Source: a virus
Lineage: Duplodnaviria; Caudoviricetes
IMG/VR virus record: IMGVR_UViG_2687453538_000001
Location: 29,444 to 93,443 of that record
DNA: 64,000 bases
Direction: 5' to 3' (one strand)
Under the pieces are notes generated by a model. It was not told the origin of the DNA and ran no database searches. It was given only the letters and a program-made list of their open reading frames with translations. Shown here in pieces: positions 1 through 9,124 of this stretch. Positions within the stretch are counted from its first letter, which is position 1, and each line of letters opens with the position of its first letter. The translations under genes and the position numbers were made by a program.

Positions 1-536
1 GAGTACGGCTTGGCGGTGCCCTCCGCCACGGTGCGCGCGTTGTTGGTGTAGCCGGTTTCACGGATGTACTCGATGGAGTTCGACTCCGTCTCGCCCGGCG
101 CCACCAGGTCGCGGATCGTCAGTCGGCGTTGCGGCGGCGCGACGACACCGGGCAAACGCTGGGCGGGAACCAGGTCGCCACCGGTAGCAGTGGTGATAGC
201 CGCGCGCGGCACGGAGACGCGACGCGAGCCACGGAAGGACGAGTTCATGTCCTGCATTTCTTCGCTGCAGATCACCAGGGCACCCACCGACTTTTGCGGT
301 TCTTCCTGATGAGAGCGGTCACGGCTCGCATTCACGAGCTTTTGCTCAGCCTCGCCCAGGCGCGCCTGCAGCTCGCCCTGCTTGGTCAGCATCTCATCGA
401 CCTTGGCGCGAGTTTCGGTATTCATCTCGCCGCTGGCCTTGATCTGTTTCTCGACCGCCTCGGCCTGGCTTTTGATCTGGTCGCCAATGCCCTTGAGGCT
501 GGCATTGAGTTCTTTGACTTGGGCTTCAAAGTCCAT
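1..536 (-). CDS. HK97-family major capsid protein (5' part only)
   Basis: Hand translation MDFEAQVKELNASLKGIGDQIK...RRLTIRDLVAPGETESNSIEYIRETG...VAEGTAKP; directly downstream of the protease. Confidence 0.9.
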   Translation of the reverse strand, partial: MDFEAQVKELNASLKGIGDQIKSQAEAVEKQIKASGEMNTETRAKVDEMLTKQGELQARLGEAEQKLVNASRDRSHQEEPQKSVGALVICSEEMQDMNSSFRGSRRVSVPRAAITTATGGDLVPAQRLPGVVAPPQRRLTIRDLVAPGETESNSIEYIRETGYTNNARTVAEGTAKPY

Positions 537-538
537 GG

Positions 539-1396
539 TCATTTTCCTTTCAGAGAATTGAGGAGATTGGTTGCCGCGCTCAGAGAGGCGGAGAGGTCTG
601 GCGCGACAGCGCGGGGCTTATCGGTCGGGGCAGCGTTATGCGTGCCCCCGCCGGCAGCGCGAGGCATACCGGACTTGAAACTGGCGAACAGTTCGCGGCG
701 CTCGGAGCGAGGCATACCGCCCTTGGCCAGGGCTACGTCCATCGCCTTGAGCGCATTGGCCTGGGCGGCGTCTTCGGTTTCGCGCTCGGTGACCTCGGTG
801 GACGACAACAGTCCAGTGGCCAGGCCGAGTTCCACAGCACGCTTGCCGCGGATGTAGGTTTCGTCGTCCATCAGTTCGGCCATGTCTTCAGCCGACTGCC
901 CGCTGGTCTCGGCATAGAGGTCGGCCATCGCCGCGTCGAACTCCTCCATGTCGTCGGCGATATCGCGGAGGTAGTTGCGATTGCCAGCGAGCCAGGTCCA
1001 GCAGTTGTGGATCATGAGGAAGGCGCTGCTGGCCACCTCTCGCTTCCTCCCCGCGAGGAAGACAATCGAAGCAGCGCTGGCCGCCATGCCCAGCACCTTG
1101 GTGGTGACCTCGTGGCTGTGCTCTTGGAGGCGGTTATAGATGGCGATGCCTTCGAACATGTCGCCACCTGGGGAGTTGATGTAAACGGTGACATCGCGCT
1201 CCCCGATCGCCCGCAAGGCGGCGTCGATTCGTTTCAGCGTGACGCCCTCGCCATACCAGTCTTCGCCGATCACGCCGTACACCGTGATGGTGTCCGAGGT
1301 GTTCTCGACGGCCGCCTGGATCGCGGGGTTCCATTTATCGAGCGCGCGCGGGCTCATCTCGCTGCGCAGGCCGCGAGACTGGATCTTGTGTTTCAT
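539..1396 (-). CDS. ClpP-type (S14) prohead maturation protease
   Basis: INSPGGD, GMAASAAS and LMIHN motifs; lies between portal and capsid. Confidence 0.93.
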   Translation of the reverse strand: MKHKIQSRGLRSEMSPRALDKWNPAIQAAVENTSDTITVYGVIGEDWYGEGVTLKRIDAALRAIGERDVTVYINSPGGDMFEGIAIYNRLQEHSHEVTTKVLGMAASAASIVFLAGRKREVASSAFLMIHNCWTWLAGNRNYLRDIADDMEEFDAAMADLYAETSGQSAEDMAELMDDETYIRGKRAVELGLATGLLSSTEVTERETEDAAQANALKAMDVALAKGGMPRSERRELFASFKSGMPRAAGGGTHNAAPTDKPRAVAPDLSASLSAATNLLNSLKGK

Positions 1397-1412
1397 GGAT
1401 TACTCCCGAGAT

Positions 1413-2711
1413 TTACTTTTCCGGCTGTTGAAGCCAGTTCATCAGTGCGGCCCTTGCGGCCTGACCATCGTCTTGCTTGCCGAGCTGGTCCAGCGGCACC
1501 AGGTTCGACTGAACCGTCAGAACGTCACCGCCTGGCATGTGAGGCATGTTGTCTTTTCGCCGCCCTTCGTTGCGGGTGATGAAGCCGTTCTGGGCCATCG
1601 TGCTGAGGTACGCCGCGCGCCCAGAACTGTCGGCCCGCAGAAACGCTTCGAGCGAGAACTCCGAATAGAAATTGATCCGGTCTACTGCCGTCATGCACCA
1701 CTTGTTTACGCACTGCTCGATCGGCGCCGTGAAGGACATGATGCAGTAGGTGAGGAACGCGATCTGCTGTTGTTCCAGGCCGGTCCCCCAGTTACTGCCC
1801 TTGTCGGTCTTCATCACCATCCAGGGCGGGACGCCGAACCATCGACAAATCTCCTCGATGCTGTGCCCTCTCGACTCCAGCAGCTGCGCGTCAGCGGGGT
1901 TAATGCCGATCATCTCCGGCTTCACGCCTTGCTCAAGCACAGGACTCTTGCCAGCGTTCAGCGCCCCGGAGATGGTCTTGACGTACTCACGAAACTCAAC
2001 GCGCTGGGCCGGGTTAAGTGTTTTGTCGACCGAAAACGCGACCGTAGGCATCATGCCGTTGCGGAAAGTGCTGTTGGCCGCGTCGTCTGCCGACATCGCC
2101 GAGCCAAACACATCCGCGCCGTAGCGAATGGCCGAAAGGCCAACCCGGCCGTCCAAGGTAAAGGCCGGGATGTGCAGCATGTTCTGCCGCACAATCTCCC
2201 GGCGCGCCCCCTTTTGCGGCCTGAAGAAGTATCTCAGCCGGCCGTCATCATCAAACTCAAGGTCGACTCGGGACGGCATCAGGAAGTCCAGCGCAATGAC
2301 GCGACCTGCAGATCGGTGAATCTCGCAGTAAGCATTCCCCCACAACAGCATCGAGGCAACGACTGCCTGCCAGAAGTGGAAGGCGGCCATGTCCTCGTTG
2401 GGGCTGGTGTGCACCACGTCGTACAGCGGGAAGTCCCGTGCACTCTCACGACTACCATCAGGCATCCTCCGGTAGATGCTCAGGGGCAAGCCCGCAACCG
2501 AGGTGGAGATGATGCGGACGCAGGCCCACACTGTGGAAAGCCGCATCGCCTTGTCGACGCTGACCGATTTTCCGCTACTGGACTGAGCCCCGAGAAACGA
2601 GCCCCAGAAGCCGCCATCTGACAGCTTGATGCTCTTGCCCAACCATTCGCTCATGCTGGCTGATGGCTTGGCAGCCGCAGCCCCCAAAGCCTGGGATAAG
2701 GTTTTAATCAC
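1413..2711 (-). CDS. HK97-family portal protein
   Basis: VWACVRIIS, LLWGNAY, EEICRWFGVPP, TRNEGR motifs. Confidence 0.95.
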   Translation of the reverse strand: MIKTLSQALGAAAAKPSASMSEWLGKSIKLSDGGFWGSFLGAQSSSGKSVSVDKAMRLSTVWACVRIISTSVAGLPLSIYRRMPDGSRESARDFPLYDVVHTSPNEDMAAFHFWQAVVASMLLWGNAYCEIHRSAGRVIALDFLMPSRVDLEFDDDGRLRYFFRPQKGARREIVRQNMLHIPAFTLDGRVGLSAIRYGADVFGSAMSADDAANSTFRNGMMPTVAFSVDKTLNPAQRVEFREYVKTISGALNAGKSPVLEQGVKPEMIGINPADAQLLESRGHSIEEICRWFGVPPWMVMKTDKGSNWGTGLEQQQIAFLTYCIMSFTAPIEQCVNKWCMTAVDRINFYSEFSLEAFLRADSSGRAAYLSTMAQNGFITRNEGRRKDNMPHMPGGDVLTVQSNLVPLDQLGKQDDGQAARAALMNWLQQPEK

Positions 2712-2865
2712 TGGTCAGCCCTCGGCGAAGGAAACCGGCGATGCAGAAGAAGCTCACAGCTCCTGCAATCAAGGCCCAGCCAGTACCGGCCAGCACCCAT
2801 ACCCCAGCACATGCCAGAGAGAAAGCCACCAGAGCGCAGGCGATGAAAATGTGAAGTGCGTTCAT
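2704..2865 (-). CDS. Small two-TM hypothetical protein between terL and portal
   Basis: 53-aa hydrophobic ORF MNALHIFIACALVAF...FLRRGLTSD overlapping both neighbours. Confidence 0.6.
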   Translation of the reverse strand: MNALHIFIACALVAFSLACAGVWVLAGTGWALIAGAVSFFCIAGFLRRGLTSD

Positions 2866-4541
2866 GCGATCAGTGGGTCCCGAATGCCAGCCATGAAGTT
2901 GTCCATTCCCCCGCGTCCCTCAGGATTGAGGCTGATCAGAGAAACAGCGTTGAATGTAGCCATTAGCGGGTCGATCTTCGCCGTGCCCGAGGCTTGCTTG
3001 GTGATCAAGAAGGCGTTGGCTGACGGCACCCCTTTGGCGTTGCCGCACGACCAGGCCATGAGCGGCTGGCCGCAATGCAACAGCGTGCCCTCAGCGAGCT
3101 TGCGCTCCGTCGTCTTGATCGCGCCGGTAAGTTTCCAGCCTTGGGAGATGCCAACGATCTTGTCCTCTTCGACACCAGCGTCGGCCAGGGCGTCGAGAAC
3201 AGAACCAATCCCCGCCGGGTCGAGCCCGACCTTGTCCAGCAAGCCGGTCTCGCTGATGCGGGCGACGATGGCTGCGAACTGCTCCACGTCCTCACCGATG
3301 CGCTTGACGATGGTCAGATCGCCCACCGCCTCAAGATCCTTTAGCCGCGGGGCTTCGGACTTGCGACGCTCAAGGACCGACGGGTGGGCCCAAGCGTGAG
3401 CCCAGTGGAACCAACGGCGGGTGCTCGCTTCCCGGCCGACGACGGCAAGCCCAAGCAAGTCGTCGAGCCCTCCTCCATCACCACCCACATCGATGACTTC
3501 ACACCGCTCAAGGATTTCATTTAGGTTGAGCCAAGTGGCTGCCTGTGGCTCCCAGAATTCGGCACCAACCCAGGCATCAGACATCAGGGCCAGGCCGATC
3601 TCGATGTTGAGGTGCTTGGCCAGGAAACCACGCAGTTCCGCCTCCCCGTCGATCTCCGCCTGCATGAACAAGCGCTCAAGCGTTGGGCGGTCGACCGAGA
3701 ACCCCATATTGGGATTCACCAGGTGGAAGTTCTCTGGCTTGCGGGCATCACCGCTGTCGATCATCTCCTTGGAGAATTCGTAGATGATCGGCAGGAAGCG
3801 ATTGTCGTTGATCCGGCCATCACGCACGCCGCGTGCATAGTTCAGCTTCGACCGGAATACCCCAGCGGGCGGTTCGTTCGACTGCGTGGTCAGCCAGATA
3901 ACGAAGCCTTCGGGCCGGGACAGCAGACCGCCGGTGGCCTCCCGAATCATGTCGGCCGCTTTCGGGTTCTTGCCGAACAACCAGGCCTCATCGATCAGCA
4001 CGCCCACGGCCTTTTTGCCGCCCACCACGTCGCTGTCAGCAGCGACTACCTTCAGCGTGGCGCCGGTCTCCCGATGGGTGATCAGTCGAAGGTGTGGCTG
4101 CACATGCAGCAGATCCTTCAACTCGTCATCGTTGTTGACCATGTCCTTGGCCGGAACGAAGGCGTTGTCGGCAATCTCTTTGGTCGGCGCGAGGATGATG
4201 AACTCTGCCGACATCCGCCAGTTCCGGACCAGGGCTGTCAGCATGATCGCGGCGGCGATGGTCGACTTGCTGTTTTTCTTCGGGATGCAGAGCATGAACT
4301 CCCGAATCAGGCGTTCACCGGTCTCGCTGTTGTAACTGCCAAAGACAGCACCTGCGAAAGCCAGGACCCATGGGGCACATGCGCTTTCGATAGTTGGACT
4401 GCCCGGGGCATCGACAATGCGAAGGCCCTTGAAAACCTCGAGGCTTTCTTCTGCCTCCTGGGGAAAGAGCGGTTCTGGAATGATGGATTCGCTGGCAGCC
4501 AGACGCCGCCACCAGTCAGGGCAGGCCGTGGTCCAAAGCAT
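2862..4541 (-). CDS. terL: Terminase large subunit
   Basis: PKKNSKST Walker A variant, VLIDE Walker B, C-terminal KIDPLMA. Confidence 0.95.
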   Translation of the reverse strand: MLWTTACPDWWRRLAASESIIPEPLFPQEAEESLEVFKGLRIVDAPGSPTIESACAPWVLAFAGAVFGSYNSETGERLIREFMLCIPKKNSKSTIAAAIMLTALVRNWRMSAEFIILAPTKEIADNAFVPAKDMVNNDDELKDLLHVQPHLRLITHRETGATLKVVAADSDVVGGKKAVGVLIDEAWLFGKNPKAADMIREATGGLLSRPEGFVIWLTTQSNEPPAGVFRSKLNYARGVRDGRINDNRFLPIIYEFSKEMIDSGDARKPENFHLVNPNMGFSVDRPTLERLFMQAEIDGEAELRGFLAKHLNIEIGLALMSDAWVGAEFWEPQAATWLNLNEILERCEVIDVGGDGGGLDDLLGLAVVGREASTRRWFHWAHAWAHPSVLERRKSEAPRLKDLEAVGDLTIVKRIGEDVEQFAAIVARISETGLLDKVGLDPAGIGSVLDALADAGVEEDKIVGISQGWKLTGAIKTTERKLAEGTLLHCGQPLMAWSCGNAKGVPSANAFLITKQASGTAKIDPLMATFNAVSLISLNPEGRGGMDNFMAGIRDPLIA

Positions 4542-4544
4542 GAG

Positions 4545-5051
4545 TCACCCCTTGACGACTGTGAGGGGCGGCTTGCTCTGGGAGTACTTGCCTTTGCCCG
4601 CCTCTTTCGCGGCTTCCGCCTTCTGCTCTTTCTTGCCTGCCTCGGCCTTCTTCCCGTGGATGTACGGCACGGCCGTCTGCGCAGCGTTGCGCCGGTCGAA
4701 GACTTTGGCCCGAGGCTCGTTCATCAGCGCAATCAACCACTCGAGCGGATCCTGTGTGTCTGGAAGACAGCTCAGGAACTCGCCGTCCGCCTCGTTGACC
4801 TCGACAGGGTCTTCAGCGGCATCATCGGCCTTCGCTTTGCCTCTACGTTTTTTCGGCTCAGGGTTAACACTGAGCTCTGCTCTTCGAGCGAGAATTGCGG
4901 CCACAATCTTCGGATCAGTAGCCCAACGCGAGCCAGCCGCTGCAGCTGCCGAAGGCTTGCTGCCCGCGGCTTCGGCCGCTTCTTTGTTTGACGCACCCCG
5001 GGCCTTAGCGTCAACAAACTGTCGCTGTTTGTCTGTTAACACCATTAACAA
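4545..5051 (-). CDS. terS: Terminase small subunit
   Basis: LTDKQRQFV N-terminal HTH; immediately upstream of terL. Confidence 0.85.
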   Translation of the reverse strand: MLMVLTDKQRQFVDAKARGASNKEAAEAAGSKPSAAAAAGSRWATDPKIVAAILARRAELSVNPEPKKRRGKAKADDAAEDPVEVNEADGEFLSCLPDTQDPLEWLIALMNEPRAKVFDRRNAAQTAVPYIHGKKAEAGKKEQKAEAAKEAGKGKYSQSKPPLTVVKG

Positions 5052-5059
5052 AAACCTTT

Positions 5060-5142
5060 AGGGGGGAGAAAAATGTATACGTGGGGTCGGTGGCGGTCTA
5101 GCTAGATGAGAATCCCTAGCTTTTGACCCCCCTCCCCCTTTT
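5060..5142. other. Probable cos packaging region
   Basis: Non-coding gap between HNH and terS with G/C runs flanking GACCGCCACCGACCCC (minus strand), the usual cos position in HNH-terS phages; cut site not determinable. Confidence 0.5.
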
Positions 5143-5198
5143 GTGGCACATCGTTGACGTGCCCTTGATGGCTTGGTTGGCGTGCAAACTTGCTTGAG

Positions 5199-5540
5199 TC
5201 AGCCCGCCACGCCCGCAGCCTCCTCTGCCTGCTTGACTGAGTCGTGGCAGGGCTTACACAGCGACTGCCAGTTGTCCTGGTTCCAGAACAGAACCTTGTC
5301 GCCTCGGTGCGCGACGATGTGGTCAACGATGAAGGCTGCGGTGGTTCGGCCCTGCCTCGCGCAGTAGACGCACAGCGGGTTGTCCATAAGATACCGCTCG
5401 CGCGCCTTCTGCCACTTGTAGTCGTAGCCGCGCTGGGAACTGGTCATGCCGCTGCGCCAACTGCCAGGAGTCACCACCTTGACCCGAGAGCCGGTGTTTT
5501 CCTTGATACGAGGACTGAGCGTCTTGAGTCTGGCCATCAC
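5199..5540 (-). CDS. HNH endonuclease (terminase-associated, HK97 gp74-like)
   Basis: CVYC...VDHIVAHRGD...NWQSLCKPCH. Confidence 0.92.
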   Translation of the reverse strand: MMARLKTLSPRIKENTGSRVKVVTPGSWRSGMTSSQRGYDYKWQKARERYLMDNPLCVYCARQGRTTAAFIVDHIVAHRGDKVLFWNQDNWQSLCKPCHDSVKQAEEAAGVAG

Positions 5541-5857
5541 TGCGTTTCCCTGCTCAGCGCCTCTACCGCCCTGTCGGCGGCCTTGGTTGCAGTGGTTGCA
5601 GCCTTCGAAGCCTTGGCAGCGGCGCTGTCGGTTCGCTTGGTCAACTCGTCCAGGCGTTTGTCGCGCTCAGCCATAGCCGCATCGTAGGCCTCCCGGATCT
5701 GGGTCACCTGGCTGGCCTGGGTGCTGGCCATGGCCCAGTAGGCAGACTGCCAGCCCAAGACAGCACCACCAGCTATCAGCACGGCAGCGATCAGCCATAC
5801 CTCAACACGACGCCACCAACGTCTGGCGATGTACTCCAGTATGCATCTGTCCATCAC
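5537..5857 (-). CDS. Membrane-anchored coiled-coil protein, possibly lysis-related
   Basis: N-terminal TM plus Ala-rich coiled coil; overlaps neighbours. Confidence 0.55.
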   Translation of the reverse strand: MMDRCILEYIARRWWRRVEVWLIAAVLIAGGAVLGWQSAYWAMASTQASQVTQIREAYDAAMAERDKRLDELTKRTDSAAAKASKAATTATKAADRAVEALSRETQ

Positions 5858-6225
5858 GATGTACCTCCCAGCTTGGTGCGCAGCCGGGCGATCTCATCGC
5901 TCTGCAGCGTTACTCGCTCTGTGAGGCTGGCTACCTGGCTGGTCAGCGCCTCTATCTTGCCTTCCATCCGACCGACCGTTGCAGCCAGGTCATTGCGTTC
6001 CTTGGCGAACTGATCGGCACGGGCTTCTGCCAGCTTCCGGGCCTCTCGCTCGGAGTCGAGCAGTTCATTGAGACGGCGGACAGTGCCGATATCGGCGTTG
6101 TCCATGGCACGATCAGTGGCGTCCTTTGACAGGAACTTGCGCAGCCACAGAAATCCGCCCAGCAGGACAGTGCCCGTACCGCCCAGCCAGGTGGCTGTGC
6201 CTGGGCCGAGGTCGGTCGGGTCCAT
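5854..6225 (-). CDS. Holin-like single-TM coiled-coil protein
   Basis: One N-terminal TM, coiled coil, GGAG RBS, position in late operon. Confidence 0.5.
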   Translation of the reverse strand: MDPTDLGPGTATWLGGTGTVLLGGFLWLRKFLSKDATDRAMDNADIGTVRRLNELLDSEREARKLAEARADQFAKERNDLAATVGRMEGKIEALTSQVASLTERVTLQSDEIARLRTKLGGTS

Positions 6226-6253
6226 TCATTACTCCATCAGTTGGATAGGTCGT

Positions 6254-6892
6254 TCAGCCGCGGTGGAGCATGCCGCCGGGCTTGAGCTCGTCGCAGATCA
6301 CCTGGCGGATCTGGTCGGCTGGGTCAGTGATCTGCAGGGTCGCGACACTTGGCCAGTCTGCAAGAGCAGAGGCCAGGTCGACGGACGGCTCTGAACGATC
6401 CTCACCGGAGTAGATACCGGTCGCGACGTGCTTGCCTTGCTCGGTGATCTGCGTCTTCCACGACCTCAACGCACTCACCTGGTCATCGATGGCAGCTTGG
6501 CTGATGAACATCTGACCATCGACCACAACGTATTGCTCACCCGGCTCATTGGCACGCTTCACGACCTCAAGCTGGCCGGCCCCAGCGGAATGCAGAACCG
6601 CGTTCGCAGCCCGGATCTGCCGAGCCGACTCGCCGTAGAAGCTGACCTTGCCCATGCGCAGAGGCTCAACCTCTTGGCCTGGGTCAATGCACAGCTGAGA
6701 TGGTTCGCCAATCCCATACTCAGCACCTCCAAGCTTGAACTCGCCAGTCTTCAAGTTCACTTCAATCAATGGGCGGCCCTGGCTGTCCGTAGCCTTGGAG
6801 CAGACCGTTGCCACCCCCTGCTCCAGCAAGGCGGCCTTGAGCGCATCCAGCTGCGCTTGAGTGGATTCGCTCATCAGTTGCTCCAGAAACAA
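6254..6892 (-). CDS. Hypothetical phage protein
   Basis: 212-aa ORF in operon direction; start uncertain. Confidence 0.6.
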   Translation of the reverse strand: MFLEQLMSESTQAQLDALKAALLEQGVATVCSKATDSQGRPLIEVNLKTGEFKLGGAEYGIGEPSQLCIDPGQEVEPLRMGKVSFYGESARQIRAANAVLHSAGAGQLEVVKRANEPGEQYVVVDGQMFISQAAIDDQVSALRSWKTQITEQGKHVATGIYSGEDRSEPSVDLASALADWPSVATLQITDPADQIRQVICDELKPGGMLHRG

Positions 6893-6986
6893 GACTGACT
6901 TTGTGGAATCTAAAGATCAAATGGTAGTCATTGATTTGGACAACCGAGTTAAGGCGGTCAAAGGGCAGGTCAAGTATCCCAGCACT

Positions 6987-7199
6987 CTAGCGAGGTGCTT
7001 GGGCTTCTGAGCCAAACAATACGACCTCGATCTCGGCCAGCTTTCGCTCGTTCTCGCGGAGGCTGGCTTCTTGATACGCTACAAAGCCGTCCGCATGGGC
7101 AAGCTTTTCTTGCGCGTCGCACTGAATAGCCTTGGCCTCTCGCAGCTTCTGCTCGCAACTGAGAATATCCTCGACGAGGCAGCGATATTTGCTTTTCAT
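6987..7199 (-). CDS. Hypothetical coiled-coil protein
   Basis: GGAG RBS, 70 aa. Confidence 0.55.
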   Translation of the reverse strand: MKSKYRCLVEDILSCEQKLREAKAIQCDAQEKLAHADGFVAYQEASLRENERKLAEIEVVLFGSEAQAPR

Positions 7200-7213
7200 G
7201 CTGATCTCCAGAA

Positions 7214-7303
7214 ACGAAAAAGCCTCGAAACGGGCCGAGGCTTGAAGGTTGAGTTAACTCGTTGTCGCCTTCCACAGGCAAAAAAAACCGCCCTAAGGCG
7301 GCC
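7214..7303 (-). terminator. Two tandem intrinsic terminators in the late leader
   Basis: Minus strand CCGCCTTAGGGCGG+T8 and AAGCCTCGG..CGAGGCTTTTT. Confidence 0.6.
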
Positions 7304-7729
7304 AGCTTATTAAATATCGACGAAATCCCAAATCCTTTGGCCGAGACTCAGCTTAAAGTAGCTAATTAAGATCTTTCAGGCTTTGTCTTTTTATCTACTT
7401 CCGCGTCTTTTTCGTGACGACTGTAGAGCTCGGCTTTCGACGCGCGCTCGGTATTTGTGCGCTTAACTTCATCTTTGCCGGAACCTTGGGCGGGCTTACG
7501 ATCAGCAGAACCGTTTCCGCCCTGGTTGGATTTTTTGTCCGTCATATAAACCTCGAATGAGTCCGTATGGTCGAACTCGGAAATCATTAACTCAGCTTGA
7601 GCACCATTAATCCCTACAGGAACAATAGGCCCTCTGTCTAAGCCTGGCTCATCATCATCGGGGGTATACCCTAATGGATCATCGGCCTCGAGAAGAGAAT
7701 CTTGTAGAAGGGTTTCTTTGGAGACTGGG

Positions 7730-7969
7730 TTACCAGCGTCTCCCAGGATGTGCCCAGATCTCGTCATTGCGACTGAACTTTTTGGCATTCGCGGCTTCTG
7801 GCCGTGAAGGAGCTGGCTCCTGCTCTGGCATCGTATCCGGATCGACATAATCATCTCGATCCTCAGGAGTTGCTCGGTCTAACCCCTCACGTTTTTCGGT
7901 TTCAGATTCATCATCTTTATTAGGCTGAACCCCTTGCGCACTTCCCGGAATGTTCATTTCACTAGACAT
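7730..7969 (-). CDS. Small acidic hydrophilic protein (moron-like)
   Basis: GAGG RBS, MSSEMNIPG..., D/E/P-rich, lower GC. Confidence 0.45.
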   Translation of the reverse strand: MSSEMNIPGSAQGVQPNKDDESETEKREGLDRATPEDRDDYVDPDTMPEQEPAPSRPEAANAKKFSRNDEIWAHPGRRW

Positions 7970-8055
7970 AAGTACCTCTCATTAACTCAGAAAATCCGAG
8001 CTAAATTGAGTATGCGCCTTATACACCTTCGAGAATTATATATCTGACCACCGGC

Positions 8056-8160
8056 AAAAATAGAAACCCCAGCGCATTGGCCGGGGGTCTCTGTGTCGTG
8101 CCGTTGCAAGCTGGACACGCTGCTATGAAAACAGGTGTTTATCCGCGCGGAAAGCTTTTT
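8056..8160 (-). promoter_or_regulatory. Probable late promoter region with downstream terminator (pR'/tR'-like)
   Basis: Follows the Q-like gene; hairpin at 8062-8092 followed by a T-run on the minus strand. Confidence 0.55.
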
Positions 8161-8548
8161 ATGCTGCCTCGCGCAACTGTTCCAAGGCGCAATCGATCCA
8201 TGCCACTCCAGTGTTGATCAGCTCGCGTGCCTTGGCCTCACTCATCTTGTGCTCGCGGGCGATCCGCAGCGCCGGCCATTTAGCCCCGAAGTACAGCCAG
8301 ACGAAGCCGCCCATCTGCGGGTTGCGCTTGTTCAGCCTGGCTACGGCTGCGTCCACCGCAAGTGCTAGGTCGTCCGTGATTACGTACTGCTTGAGCCCTC
8401 CTTCCGCCGGAACGTGCTCCTTCATCAGCGCATACAGCGGGCATACATACTGAGGCACACCCATTCCATCCATGCGCCACCAGCCCCATTGCTCGAGCAT
8501 GTAAGCAGTGTCACCAAGGGCCTTGTCTACGTAGGTTCGTTTTTTCAT
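8159..8548 (-). CDS. Antiterminator Q-family protein
   Basis: LEQWGWW...ITDDLALAVDAAVARL...GVAWID pattern; last early gene before the late region. Confidence 0.8.
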   Translation of the reverse strand: MKKRTYVDKALGDTAYMLEQWGWWRMDGMGVPQYVCPLYALMKEHVPAEGGLKQYVITDDLALAVDAAVARLNKRNPQMGGFVWLYFGAKWPALRIAREHKMSEAKARELINTGVAWIDCALEQLREAA

Positions 8549-8558
8549 GTCCTTCCCC

Positions 8559-8879
8559 TCAATCCCCGGTGTAATTGGTGCCGCCGGCGCCGAGCCGGTT
8601 GCCATCCTGATATGCCGTCGCCGGACCTGTGGTCCGCGCTTTCCTCAACTGCTCGATCTGCCGTGTCGCGGCCATCAGCCTCATACTGAGCTGGGTCACC
8701 AGTTCACCCAGGGCCAGGGCCTCGCCAGTTGCAGCCACCACCCAGCCCGAGGCGTTGCAGTGGTCGCATGGCAGTTCGTAAAACAAACTCTTGGTGACCG
8801 CTCTCCCACGGCACACAGGACAATGAGCCAGCTCGATCAAGGCCTTCTTGAAGGCTGGGCCGTGGCTCTTCTTCATCAT
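8559..8879 (-). CDS. Zn-finger hypothetical protein
   Basis: CPVCRG...CDHCNASG. Confidence 0.7.
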   Translation of the reverse strand: MMKKSHGPAFKKALIELAHCPVCRGRAVTKSLFYELPCDHCNASGWVVAATGEALALGELVTQLSMRLMAATRQIEQLRKARTTGPATAYQDGNRLGAGGTNYTGD

Positions 8880-9124
8880 TGCCCCGTCTTCACCCAGCGG
8901 CGGATACGAAGCTCGCAACCACTGATGAGCGCGACGCCGTTCGCGCAACCGTAATGAGTCGCCCGACGCTTGCAGCCGCAGTGACACCGGCGCCGAGCCT
9001 TGGCTGGCTTCGGCTCCAGGTAGCGGATGTGCCGGCTGCTACTGCCAACTTGCCCCCATCCATCGACCCCGCCGCGCATCGCTGCAGATCGGGCTGCCGG
9101 GGAAAGACTGTTCAAATCGGTCAT
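8876..9124 (-). CDS. Hypothetical Cys-rich protein
   Basis: Overlapping starts/stops with both neighbours. Confidence 0.6.
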   Translation of the reverse strand: MTDLNSLSPAARSAAMRGGVDGWGQVGSSSRHIRYLEPKPAKARRRCHCGCKRRATHYGCANGVALISGCELRIRRWVKTGQ

